Below, piece after piece: positions 36,751 to 46,723 of a stretch of 64,000 nucleotides of DNA. Each line of letters begins with the position of its first letter. Within the stretch, counting starts at the first letter, position 1. The notes beneath the pieces are model-generated. The model saw only the letters and a list, made by a program, of their open reading frames with translations. It made no database searches and had not been told where the DNA came from. Source of the stretch: a virus (Duplodnaviria; Heunggongvirae; Uroviricota; Caudoviricetes); IMG/VR virus record IMGVR_UViG_3300027712_000017. One strand, given 5' to 3'. The position numbers and the translations under genes are program-made.

Positions 36751-37488
36751 ATGGGTGTGTTGTATAATCCACGACTAGTTACTAATGGTTTAGTGTTGGC
36801 ACTTGATGCTGCTAATCCTAAGTCGTATGTCGGATCTGGAACGGCGTGGAGTGATTTGAGCGGTAATGGCAATAATGGCACTTTAATTAATGGACCTACA
36901 TATAGTAGTTTAAATGGCGGGTCTATAGTATTTGATGGTATAAATGATTATGTTACTTGTCCCGCTACTTCTTCTACACAGTTTAACGCTGATTTTACGA
37001 TTGAATCTTGGATTTGGATTGATAGTACTGTTACATCATCTAGACCGGATAGTCAAAAAGGTGTAACACTTTTTAGTTCATATCCTCCCGCTGCGGGAGC
37101 TGGTACTTTTGTGGTCGTAATTAGTGGAACTACAAGTACAGCAGGAACAGGACTTCAAATTTATCAAGATTCTACATCAATTAATATGACAATATCTCAA
37201 ACAGTACCATTGGATAGTTGGGTTCATTTAGCAATTGTTCGAGTTGGATCTATAATCTACGGATATATAAATGGAATACCTTATACATTTACACTTGTTT
37301 CTGGATCATCAACAGCTTTACTTGGTAATGATACTGGTGGATCAAGAATAGGGGCAGCACTTAATTCGTCATATATAGGATACTGGAAAGGATATATTTC
37401 TAATATTCGCATTTATAAAGGAATCGGTCTTTCGGCAGCAGAAGTTACACAAAACTTTAATGCACTACGTGGGAGATATGGAATATGA
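36751..37488 (+). CDS. LamG/concanavalin-A-like lectin domain protein 1
   Basis: NGLVLALDAAN.KSY.GSGT.W.DLSGN, FTIESWI, WVHLAIVR...YING, and FNALRGRYGI motifs. Confidence 0.8.
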   Translation: MGVLYNPRLVTNGLVLALDAANPKSYVGSGTAWSDLSGNGNNGTLINGPTYSSLNGGSIVFDGINDYVTCPATSSTQFNADFTIESWIWIDSTVTSSRPDSQKGVTLFSSYPPAAGAGTFVVVISGTTSTAGTGLQIYQDSTSINMTISQTVPLDSWVHLAIVRVGSIIYGYINGIPYTFTLVSGSSTALLGNDTGGSRIGAALNSSYIGYWKGYISNIRIYKGIGLSAAEVTQNFNALRGRYGI

Positions 37489-38180
37489 GTTTAGCACATT
37501 CTCCTAGTATAGTCACAAATGGTTTAGTAATGTATGTTGACGCCGCTAATGTCAAGTCGTATCCAGGGTCAGGTACTGCATGGAGTGATTTGAGCGGTAA
37601 TGGCAATAATGGCACTTTAGTAAATACTCCCGGGTTTGATTCTACATATTCTGGTAGTTTTACGTTCAATGGAACTAATAATGAGGTAACTACAACAACA
37701 CAATTTACAAATCCACAAACATTTAGTATTGGTGCTTGGTTTAAAACATCAACTGCCGGTGGTAAAAAAATAATTGGATTTGAAAGTAATCAAACAGGCA
37801 CTGGTTCTGCAAGTTTCGATAGAGCAATTTACATTAATACCGATGGAACATTATATTTTTATCTTTATGCCCCGATTGGTGGTAGCAAAACAGCAACCTC
37901 ACCTTTAACTTATGCTGACAATAATTGGCATTATGTTTTGGCAACTTATGGTGGCGAAGCAGATACAATGCGATTATATGTCGACGGCGTCTCTGTTGCA
38001 ACACAATCTGCAGTTTCTGCTCAAAATTATAATGGTTGGTGGAGAATTGCTGGATATAGAGGCGGCGGTGATGGGTATTTTACCGGAAATATCAGTAATG
38101 CACATGTTTATAATCGTGGAATATCTGCAGCAGAAGTTAGTCAAAACTTCAATGCCCTTCGTGGGAGATTTGGAATATGA
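37485..38180 (+). CDS. LamG-like lectin domain protein 2
   Basis: Same flanking motifs; FSIGAWFK and WHYVLATY...LYVDG. Confidence 0.8.
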   Translation: MSLAHSPSIVTNGLVMYVDAANVKSYPGSGTAWSDLSGNGNNGTLVNTPGFDSTYSGSFTFNGTNNEVTTTTQFTNPQTFSIGAWFKTSTAGGKKIIGFESNQTGTGSASFDRAIYINTDGTLYFYLYAPIGGSKTATSPLTYADNNWHYVLATYGGEADTMRLYVDGVSVATQSAVSAQNYNGWWRIAGYRGGGDGYFTGNISNAHVYNRGISAAEVSQNFNALRGRFGI

Positions 38181-38869
38181 GTTGTTTTGCTGGACCAGAA
38201 ATCGTAAATAGTGGTTTGTTATTAGCACTTGATGCTGGAAATGTGAAATCATATCCTGGCACTGGAACAACTTGGTCCGATATGAGTGGAAACTTAAAAA
38301 CCACCACGTTAACTAATGGGCCTACCTATAGTTCTTCATTTGGTGGAATGATTAGTTTTGACGGTGTGAACGATTACAGTATTACTTCTAATATGACAGC
38401 GCCAAGTGGCACTAATTATACTGTAAGCATTTGGGTAAGAATAGACAGTTCTATGTCTGGCGTAGATGGTAGATTCCTTTGGCACGGCAATTACGGCGTA
38501 TTCATTTATAAGTATTCGTCAAATGCAGTTACAATATATATTTATAACGGAACTACTGCTGTTCAAGTAGTATTTGGTATTATGAATAACTCAGATATGA
38601 GTTATGGAACTTGGTACAATTTGACTGGAACGTATGATGGATCGTTAATAAAAACTTATGTGAATGGCAAATTCACTAATCAATCAGCACAAACTGGAAA
38701 CATACAGTCCATAAACAATCCAAATTTTTTCGGTTTAGGCGCCAACGGTTTAGATACTAGTACTCCGACAAAGTGTGATATATCACAAGTTTTAATATAT
38801 ACTGCAACTTTATCATCAGACGAAGTCCAACAAAACTTTAACGCCCTTCGTGGTCGCTACGGGATATAA
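38177..38869 (+). CDS. LamG-like lectin domain protein 3
   Basis: Same flanking motifs; YTVSIWVR and WYNLTGTYDG...YVNG. Confidence 0.8.
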   Translation: MSCFAGPEIVNSGLLLALDAGNVKSYPGTGTTWSDMSGNLKTTTLTNGPTYSSSFGGMISFDGVNDYSITSNMTAPSGTNYTVSIWVRIDSSMSGVDGRFLWHGNYGVFIYKYSSNAVTIYIYNGTTAVQVVFGIMNNSDMSYGTWYNLTGTYDGSLIKTYVNGKFTNQSAQTGNIQSINNPNFFGLGANGLDTSTPTKCDISQVLIYTATLSSDEVQQNFNALRGRYGI

Positions 38870-38872
38870 ATA
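38865..38872 (+). promoter_or_regulatory. T4 late promoter
   Basis: Exact TATAAATA overlapping the upstream stop, 5 nt before ATG 38878. Confidence 0.75.
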
Positions 38873-38877
38873 CAGTT

Positions 38878-41187
38878 ATGGCAAATACATATAAGAACAT
38901 AATAATCACACCTAATATAGGTAACACCAGCGATCCGAAGATCGTATTTTCTGGTGCCAATGTAACTGTAAATACTGATGTGTCACTATTCGTATATCCT
39001 GCATCGAATGGAACACTTTCCTTTGAAGGTTCTGCGGGACAGTTATTCTCAATCACCAACGACCTTTCAAATTTGATTTTCTCGGTTGCTGACGTTTCAG
39101 GCATACCATCACTTGAAGTTTATGCTAATGGTTTGGTTAGTGTTATACCATTTAGTGGTAATGTTGTTTTCGGTAATAGCACTGTAAATATTACGGCAAA
39201 TGCTACTGGTACATTGACACAATCAAATAGCACAGTTAACTCGACTCATACTGCATCACTTATTCAAGTTGCAAATAGCACATCAACTGCTAACTTGACA
39301 GCACTTGATCTTAAGATTGGTGCTACGACTGTTGTCAACAGTACCCAAGTAACTGCTACGTTGCATGTCGGTAACGTATCTGGATCATATGCAAACATCA
39401 CTGGTCAAGTTAATACAGCAACTTTGTATGCAACAACAAATGCAAACATTGCATCTGCAGTGCAAGCAAATGCGACTGGTGTATATACAACTGGCACTGT
39501 AAACGCAGCATCACTTACAGTCGGGACAGCATTCACGGCAAACTCTACAGTTGTTAATGCTGTCGCATACTACTCAGGAACATTATTAGTTGCAAATAGC
39601 ACAGTATCTAATGCGACACATTTGGGTGGAACGGCAGCATCAGGTTATCAAACAACCGCAGGTTTGTCAGCAAACGTTGCAACTTTAACTTCGAACAATT
39701 CGACAAACTTTGGCGGATATACATGGGCTGCACCGGCAGCATTGGGTGGCACAACTGCAAACAGTGGCGCATTTACTACTCTGAATGCATCAACAAGTGC
39801 TAACGTAGGTGCTAACGTTCAATTGACAACCAGTCAATTGTTCATAGGTAATGCTACAGTAAATTCAGCTCATACATCAGCGCTATTACAGGTTGCAAAT
39901 AGCACATCAACTGCCAACCTTGTTGCAACAGGATTACAGACATACACTAACTCGACTGTCAATTCGTCAGTAACAGCATCGCTTGTTCAAGTATCTAATT
40001 CAACCGCGACTGCCAATTTAACAGCAACATCACTCAACATATATGCAAACTCTACTGTTAATGGGTCATTCACCTCAACGACAGTTTCTGTTGCAAACAG
40101 CACCGGCAACGTTCAAACAGTCCCCACATCTTTGACTGTCCAGAATAGTACAGTTAATTCTGTAATGGGATTGCAGAGTCTTTTAATTCAAGCAAATACA
40201 ACTGTTAACGGATCTATTACACAAGCATTAGTTCAAATTGCAAATAGCACTGGTAACGTCCAGCATTCTGCTATATCTATACTAGCACAAACTAATACAA
40301 CTGTTAACTCAACAATGACTGCTGCATTAGTTCAAGTTTCAAACAGCACATTTACTGCTAACCTAACTTCAAAAGATCTTACATTAGGTTCAACAGTAGT
40401 TAATAGTGCACAAGTTACTTCAACATTATTTGTCGGTAACTTATCAGGAACCTATGCAAACCTAACTGGTCAGGTAAACGCAGCATCACTTCTATTAAGC
40501 ACTAATACTGCAACAATTGGCACTGCAGGGTATTTTGTATCTAATGGAAACATAGGTATCGGGCAAGCATCACCTGCTTTCAAACTTGATATTACTGGTG
40601 CAGCATTAGGAACAACTGTAGGTAGCCAATCATTCAATCAAAGGATCGCAACTTCTTCTGTTGGTAATGTTGATTATTTTGAAATAACTGAAACTAGACA
40701 ACAAGCAGGTTCTACGTGGGTGGGAGCTGGAACTAGACTTCAACAAAAAATAGACTCTACATGGATGGGATATATCCAATTCAATGGCGGCGATACTACA
40801 TTAAATAACGGCGGATTGTCTTTTGGCACAGGGACAACTACAACCAGTGCTGTAACTATCGCAGAACGTATGCGTATTGACGCTTCAGGTAATGTGGGAA
40901 TCGGAAATACGGCACCTGCTTCTAAATTGGTTGTTTCAGGTAACGTAGATTTCAGGACGGCAAACATTTTACTTGATGGTGTTGTTTCAGGTGGATTCTA
41001 TAAAGGTAACAATTCGAACTCGATTAACCAAGCAGCAGCAGGTAACATCTTTCGTGTCAATTCAAACACATTGACAGCAAGCGTGACGTTTGCTGCAGGT
41101 GAAAACGGAACTGCTACAGGTCCTGTAGCAGTTCAAACAGGTATATCCTTAATAATTTCAACAGGCGCAAGAGTGAGTATAGTATGA
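38878..41187 (+). CDS. Tail fibre protein, 769 aa, N-X-S/T-rich
   Basis: Shares modules with the other fibres; ERMRIDASGNVGIG; C-terminal IFRVNSNTLTASVT...GPV...GARVSIV tip domain. Confidence 0.8.
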   Translation: MANTYKNIIITPNIGNTSDPKIVFSGANVTVNTDVSLFVYPASNGTLSFEGSAGQLFSITNDLSNLIFSVADVSGIPSLEVYANGLVSVIPFSGNVVFGNSTVNITANATGTLTQSNSTVNSTHTASLIQVANSTSTANLTALDLKIGATTVVNSTQVTATLHVGNVSGSYANITGQVNTATLYATTNANIASAVQANATGVYTTGTVNAASLTVGTAFTANSTVVNAVAYYSGTLLVANSTVSNATHLGGTAASGYQTTAGLSANVATLTSNNSTNFGGYTWAAPAALGGTTANSGAFTTLNASTSANVGANVQLTTSQLFIGNATVNSAHTSALLQVANSTSTANLVATGLQTYTNSTVNSSVTASLVQVSNSTATANLTATSLNIYANSTVNGSFTSTTVSVANSTGNVQTVPTSLTVQNSTVNSVMGLQSLLIQANTTVNGSITQALVQIANSTGNVQHSAISILAQTNTTVNSTMTAALVQVSNSTFTANLTSKDLTLGSTVVNSAQVTSTLFVGNLSGTYANLTGQVNAASLLLSTNTATIGTAGYFVSNGNIGIGQASPAFKLDITGAALGTTVGSQSFNQRIATSSVGNVDYFEITETRQQAGSTWVGAGTRLQQKIDSTWMGYIQFNGGDTTLNNGGLSFGTGTTTTSAVTIAERMRIDASGNVGIGNTAPASKLVVSGNVDFRTANILLDGVVSGGFYKGNNSNSINQAAAGNIFRVNSNTLTASVTFAAGENGTATGPVAVQTGISLIISTGARVSIV

Positions 41188-42101
41188 GCACTTTATCAGT
41201 TACAACAGTGACAACAGGTCTTTCAACGACTGATCTGACTTTAAATACAGGCAATACTGCTGCGGGTGATATTGTTATTCAATCAGATGGATTGGGTATG
41301 GTGTTATCAGGCAATTCATCAACAAACACATTTGACTTGGCTCCGAATGGCCATATTAGTATATCAAATAATTCTGTAAATACTTTCGTGTTGACGTCTG
41401 CGGGTGTTTTGACTATTTCAAATACTATAACTGCTGGTATATTTTCTGGCAACACTGTTCTTGTCAGGGACGTAGCATATACTGCGAACGCAACACACAC
41501 TAAAGCTGCTAATTTAGTTGCTATGGTTGTTTACTGCATCGGCGCAGGAGGTGGTGGCGGCGGCGCAACAGGTACTGCTGTTGCTACTGGTGCGTATGGC
41601 GGAGCAGGTGGCGGCGGCGGCGGTGTTTCTATTAAAGTATTGACTAACGCACAACTCGGCGCAACATCTAACGTTGTTGTTGGTATTGGCGGAGCAGGTG
41701 GCACTACTTCTGCAGCTGCAGGTACTGCAGGTTCTAACAGTTCAATTGCTAACTCAACAGGTGGTTTGATTACAGGACAAGGTGGTGGTGGTGCTACAGG
41801 TATTACAGCAGGTATCGCAGGGGCTGCCGTTAACGGAGATGCGAACATTCCCGGCGAACCAGGTCAGATTTTATTAGGCACTGGTGTTTCTCTTGCTATA
41901 GGTTTAGGCGGCGCCGGCGGATCTTCCGCACTTGCTTTCGGTGCGGGCGGAGGTCCTGCAAAAAACGCAGCAGGAGTTTCTGGTAAATTATATGGCGGCG
42001 GTGGTGGTGCTGCAGGACAAGCAAATGCTGCTGCATCTTTAGCAGGTGGCGCAGGTGCTAACGGTCTTGTATGGATTGTAGAATATTATAATGGAGTATA
42101 A
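41184..42101 (+). CDS. Glycine-rich fibre/adhesin protein
   Basis: VYCIGAGGGGGG...KLYGGGGG...GANGLVWIVEY glycine-rich domain. Confidence 0.75.
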   Translation: MSTLSVTTVTTGLSTTDLTLNTGNTAAGDIVIQSDGLGMVLSGNSSTNTFDLAPNGHISISNNSVNTFVLTSAGVLTISNTITAGIFSGNTVLVRDVAYTANATHTKAANLVAMVVYCIGAGGGGGGATGTAVATGAYGGAGGGGGGVSIKVLTNAQLGATSNVVVGIGGAGGTTSAAAGTAGSNSSIANSTGGLITGQGGGGATGITAGIAGAAVNGDANIPGEPGQILLGTGVSLAIGLGGAGGSSALAFGAGGGPAKNAAGVSGKLYGGGGGAAGQANAAASLAGGAGANGLVWIVEYYNGV

Positions 42102-42103
42102 TT

Positions 42104-42355
42104 ATGACATATCAACCAAGTGAAGAAGAAATCAAACATCGCCGAGATGTTTATTTGCAAGCTAGCGACATATATGTATTAACTGATCGCTGGGATAAAT
42201 ATACTCAAGAACAAAAAACAACTTGGGCAAATTATCGTCAAGCTCTGCGTGACATGCCTTCACAGCCAGGATTTCCGTCGACAATTGACTGGCCATTATG
42301 CCCAGTTGATTTAAAAATAGGAATGCCTGAAGGGTGGCCACCTGAATGGGCATGA
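42104..42355 (+). CDS. Tail fibre assembly chaperone-like protein
   Basis: RRDVYLQASD...W.NYRQALRDMPSQPGFP..IDWP motif of the phage tail assembly chaperone family. Confidence 0.82.
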   Translation: MTYQPSEEEIKHRRDVYLQASDIYVLTDRWDKYTQEQKTTWANYRQALRDMPSQPGFPSTIDWPLCPVDLKIGMPEGWPPEWA

Positions 42356-42357
42356 CT

Positions 42358-42365
42358 TATAAATA
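42358..42365 (+). promoter_or_regulatory. T4 late promoter
   Basis: Exact TATAAATA upstream of 42398. Confidence 0.75.
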
Positions 42366-42397
42366 AAAGAAAATAGCCTCGGGGAAAGGGAACCATC

Positions 42398-45300
42398 ATG
42401 GCAGATAAAGATTTTGTTGTAAAGAACGGTCTTATAGTAAACACAAACGCATTAGTAGTTGATGGCACTAACAATAAAGTTGGTGTAAATACTGCATCAC
42501 CTGATGCAACGCTATCAGTAGTGGGTACTGCTAACGTATCAGGCAATGTCGTATTGAACGGTTCAACTATGACAATTGCGTCAAATACTACATTCAATGG
42601 CAACGTGATTATTAACAGCAACACATACTTCAATGAACGTATTTTTGTCGGCAACAATCAACTATTCGTTCCTCTTTATCGCCCAGTTGTGCAAGCAGTT
42701 GATAACTTCAATGGCTTCGTTCAGATGTCATCACAGAATTTGTCTAATGCTTCAGGTAATACCTCTTTAGCTGCAATTCGTATCAATGATATTGATGGAT
42801 CAAGTGGATCTGGTTATAGCAATACAGATTATATTGTAGTTACATCAAACGTCACTGGTGTTGTGAATGCTACTGCTAATGTTGAAACTGATGGCTCAGG
42901 TTCTATCATTTACATTTACAATATTTCTCCTGGCAAAAATTTATCGAATGCAGGTTCTTATTCTGTATCATATTCAATCAAAAAACAAAACGGAACACCT
43001 AGTTCAGGGACTGGCGCAGATCTAACGCCGGTCGTTTTGTATATTCCTAAGGGCGAAAATTTAGGAACTGATTCATGTTCCGACCTCGTAGTTATGGCTG
43101 ATAATACCTTTGAAGGATTCACTTATTTCCTTGATATTGGTATGAACAATTCGAATTACGACGGAACACTCGAATACTTGATTACTAATGCGTCAGCAGA
43201 TTCATTTGCTTTAGGTGCAAACGTATATCAAAAAAATAGTTCAGGAACAGTAACTGCTTATGGCATTTTGAAAGCCCGTGCAAATACTGTCGGCGATAAC
43301 ACTAAGCGTGATCTAATTATTTCAATTCAACGCGGCTATGATTATATCGAACCATCAGATGCAACTTATAAAGATTTGACTGATGGTACTACAAATTCAA
43401 TCGTAACTTCTATATCACACAGAAATTATGCATTTACTATCGGTAAAGGTAACGATGGTTATCTATATACCGCGAATGGTGGCTTGACAATCGGAACATC
43501 TGATGGAGGTCGTCGTCTTTCTTCATTCCAATTGAATGGCGTTTCATTTGCGTCTGCAACTAATGTGATCACTGTAGCTAGCACAGATAACGTATATCAA
43601 GATATGTTAATTACAGGCACAGGTATTCAGACAAATACTTTAGTGCAAACTGTTTTATCAAATACTACAATTCGTTTGACTAAAACTACAAATGCTCTTG
43701 TCACTTCAGGATCAATTCAAGTATATGATGCGATTTATGACATATCAGGCAATCCGATCATTTTCCATACTAACGGAATGTATGCTGAAAATGAAGTGGG
43801 TCGTTTTGTCGGTAATGGCAATTTCGTTGTCGGTCCCAATACTACTTCTCGTGCAGATAAATTTACTGTCGCAGGAACTGCAAATATCACAGGTAATACT
43901 GTATTCGGGAATAACATTGTTGTCGCAGGTAATACGACAATTGGCGGTAATGCTAATGTTGCATCAATTTTTGTCGGCACAAATGCTTCGTTGACAACTT
44001 CAACGTTGCAAATTGGTAATGCTACTGCAAACATAATTGCAAACTCAACAATACTTAAATTAGCAAATAGTTCATCAGTTGCTAACTTATCACCTCTTGA
44101 TCTTAAAATCGGATCAACAGTTGTAAATAGCAGTCAAATCACAGCAACATTATTTAGTGGTAATATTTCTGGCACTTATGCGAACTTCAGCGGTCAGGTC
44201 AACACTGCTACAATCTATGCATCGGGAAGCGCAAATATTGCAGGAGCAGTTCAAGCAAATTCATCAGGTATATGGACAACTGGTCAAGTTAATGCAGCAT
44301 CAGTAACTGTCGGTAATTCGTCAATCACTAATGCATTCGTCGCAAATGCTACTACAATGTTTATCGGCAATTCAGTTGCTAATACTACTCATAATGTTAG
44401 CTTAATTCAACTTGCAAACTCAACTGCAATAGCAAACTTGACACCAATTGATTTGAAATTGGGTTCTACTGTAGTTAATACGACTGTAATTCAAGTCAGC
44501 TCAGTAATGAACATCAACACTACTGCATTGAAGATTGGTGATGCTGCAAATTCATTCATTGCGAATAGCACGACATTGTTACTAGGAAACAGTACTGTGA
44601 ATGCTATTGTCAATTCAACTGCAGTAGTGTTTGCGAATACTATAAAAACAGTTGTATTGTCACCACAGAGTTTCCAAGGAACTGCTCAAGATTCTCAAAA
44701 ATTAAACAACCAAGCAGCTTCGTATTATACTAACTATTCAGATGATAAAGCAGCAAATGCATATGCTAATGCTGTTTCTGCTGCAAATACTTTAGCGGGT
44801 AATGCATATACTAGTGCGATTACATGGTCAGGCAACGCAGCTCTTGCATACGGCAATGCTACAACTTTCGCATCAAATGCAACAAACTTGACTACTGGAA
44901 CTGTTCCTTCAGGTCGTCTAACTGGCGCATACGGCGGTATCACAGGACTAGGCACATTAGGATTGTTACAAATTAGTGGCAATACCTTAGGTAATAATTT
45001 TAGCATGACTTCGAATCCAACGACAAGTGCTAACTTAATTTCATTCGGCGCAGCTAACGTCACATTCGACACAAGTGTTCTTGCAATAGACAGCATCAAT
45101 AATCGAGTAGGTATTAACACCACAACACCTGATGCATCACTTCAAATAGTCGGTACTGCTAACGTATCTGGCAACCTAGCAATAGGTGGTAATATTAACA
45201 TTGGCGGAAGTTTAACTTTTTCTGGTGCATTCACTCCCGGCGGTAATATCAATCCTAGTTCAAATAATCTATATCTAGGCAACACAACAAATCTATGGAA

Positions 45301-46225
45301 TTTTACTGGAAACAATATCACAGTAAATAAGGTAATCACAGCTAATGTTTCTTCAAGTGCAACCATATATGTAGGTGCTAATGTTGTTGCAAACACAATT
45401 TCAATTAAAGTGGGTGACGGATCCGTTTATTCTTCTATCACAAATACTAAAATTGAAACTACAGGTGATGTTGGGGTTGCAGGTGTTATAGTCACAGGTT
45501 CTACAGCAATTAATGCGAATAATGTTACCGTAAGTAATGTTAGCATTAAAATTGCAAATAGCACTGTAAATGCGACTATTAATTCTACTGCAATTGCATT
45601 TGTAAACGCATCAGCTACAGCTGTAATTAATGCAACAAGTCATCCCGGTACTGCAAATAACTCGAATAGATTGAACGGACAATTAGCTTCTTATTATACT
45701 GATTATTCTGATTCAAAAGCAGGTGATGCATATACTAATGCTACGACATATGTAGGCACAACATTAGGTGGTTATGCGTTAAAAACTGGTACGACATTTA
45801 CGGGCCCAGTTATTGTTTCAAATACTGTAAGTATAGCAAATACTTTAACTATCAGCAATGATGTGACAATCAATAGCCCTGGCAAGTTATCTGCTAGAAT
45901 TCAACCTAGAGTTCTTGCATACACACTTAATAGCGCAACTCCTGCTTGCAACACCGATTTATATGACGTTATGATTATCACAGGACAAACAACAAGTATA
46001 ACAAGCATGTCAACAAACTTGACAGGAACTCCATTCAACTCACAGAGATTTTATATTGCAATTACTCTTGCAGCAGCAACTTTTTCAAAAAGCATTACTT
46101 GGGGTTCTGCATTCGAAGATCCTACCGGCAGTTTGCCGAGCTCTATAACTACATCTAGAAAAGATATGGAATTTATATGGAATGCGGCAACTAATAAGTG
46201 GCGTTTAATTAATTACATAGCATAA
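42398..46225 (+). CDS. Long tail fibre protein, 1275 aa
   Basis: MADKDFVVKNGL start; shared fibre modules; two copies of (K/R)LN.Q.ASYYT.YSD.KA..AY.NA; C-terminal ITWG...EFIWNAATNKWRL domain. Confidence 0.8.
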   Translation: MADKDFVVKNGLIVNTNALVVDGTNNKVGVNTASPDATLSVVGTANVSGNVVLNGSTMTIASNTTFNGNVIINSNTYFNERIFVGNNQLFVPLYRPVVQAVDNFNGFVQMSSQNLSNASGNTSLAAIRINDIDGSSGSGYSNTDYIVVTSNVTGVVNATANVETDGSGSIIYIYNISPGKNLSNAGSYSVSYSIKKQNGTPSSGTGADLTPVVLYIPKGENLGTDSCSDLVVMADNTFEGFTYFLDIGMNNSNYDGTLEYLITNASADSFALGANVYQKNSSGTVTAYGILKARANTVGDNTKRDLIISIQRGYDYIEPSDATYKDLTDGTTNSIVTSISHRNYAFTIGKGNDGYLYTANGGLTIGTSDGGRRLSSFQLNGVSFASATNVITVASTDNVYQDMLITGTGIQTNTLVQTVLSNTTIRLTKTTNALVTSGSIQVYDAIYDISGNPIIFHTNGMYAENEVGRFVGNGNFVVGPNTTSRADKFTVAGTANITGNTVFGNNIVVAGNTTIGGNANVASIFVGTNASLTTSTLQIGNATANIIANSTILKLANSSSVANLSPLDLKIGSTVVNSSQITATLFSGNISGTYANFSGQVNTATIYASGSANIAGAVQANSSGIWTTGQVNAASVTVGNSSITNAFVANATTMFIGNSVANTTHNVSLIQLANSTAIANLTPIDLKLGSTVVNTTVIQVSSVMNINTTALKIGDAANSFIANSTTLLLGNSTVNAIVNSTAVVFANTIKTVVLSPQSFQGTAQDSQKLNNQAASYYTNYSDDKAANAYANAVSAANTLAGNAYTSAITWSGNAALAYGNATTFASNATNLTTGTVPSGRLTGAYGGITGLGTLGLLQISGNTLGNNFSMTSNPTTSANLISFGAANVTFDTSVLAIDSINNRVGINTTTPDASLQIVGTANVSGNLAIGGNINIGGSLTFSGAFTPGGNINPSSNNLYLGNTTNLWNFTGNNITVNKVITANVSSSATIYVGANVVANTISIKVGDGSVYSSITNTKIETTGDVGVAGVIVTGSTAINANNVTVSNVSIKIANSTVNATINSTAIAFVNASATAVINATSHPGTANNSNRLNGQLASYYTDYSDSKAGDAYTNATTYVGTTLGGYALKTGTTFTGPVIVSNTVSIANTLTISNDVTINSPGKLSARIQPRVLAYTLNSATPACNTDLYDVMIITGQTTSITSMSTNLTGTPFNSQRFYIAITLAAATFSKSITWGSAFEDPTGSLPSSITTSRKDMEFIWNAATNKWRLINYIA

Positions 46226-46257
46226 TAAATAACTGAAATAAATCATGGGAATTAATA

Positions 46258-46722
46258 ATGTCAACATTGCAAGTAGCGAACGTTCATTTAGAATCTACAG
46301 GTAACAATCGAATCCAGTATGCTGGATTAAATAGCTACACATTGTATGCTGGCGGAGTAGCAACATTAACTGTCAATACAACAGCAATATCAGATACTCT
46401 TGGTTCTGTGCGTGCCGCTCCAATTCAAACTAAATCGAGTGCATATGCAGTAGTAGCTGCTGATGCAGGTTCTACTATATACATATCAACAGGTGGTGTG
46501 ACTTTTAACATAAGCACTCTCTCAGCAGGTGATATGGTCACAATAGTTAATAACTCTGGAACTTCACAAACTATAACTGCTGCAGCATCTGTTACATTCA
46601 GATTGGCTGGAACAGCATCGACGGGCAACAGAACTCTTGCACAGTACGGTATGGCGACATTCCTATGTGTTGTCGGCGGCGCAACTCCCACGTTTATTTG
46701 TTCAGGCGCAGGATTAACATAA
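46258..46722 (+). CDS. Small fibre tip/adaptor protein
   Basis: MSTLQV start; KSSAYAVVAADAG...GNRTLAQYGMATFLC...CSGAGLT. AATAAATA late-promoter variant at 46224-46231. Confidence 0.7.
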   Translation: MSTLQVANVHLESTGNNRIQYAGLNSYTLYAGGVATLTVNTTAISDTLGSVRAAPIQTKSSAYAVVAADAGSTIYISTGGVTFNISTLSAGDMVTIVNNSGTSQTITAAASVTFRLAGTASTGNRTLAQYGMATFLCVVGGATPTFICSGAGLT

Positions 46723-46723
46723 C

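Noticed and set aside
36751-38869. LamG triplet as DGR targets
   Set aside because: Divergence spans whole domain cores at all base types; no A-specific pattern or template repeat was seen.
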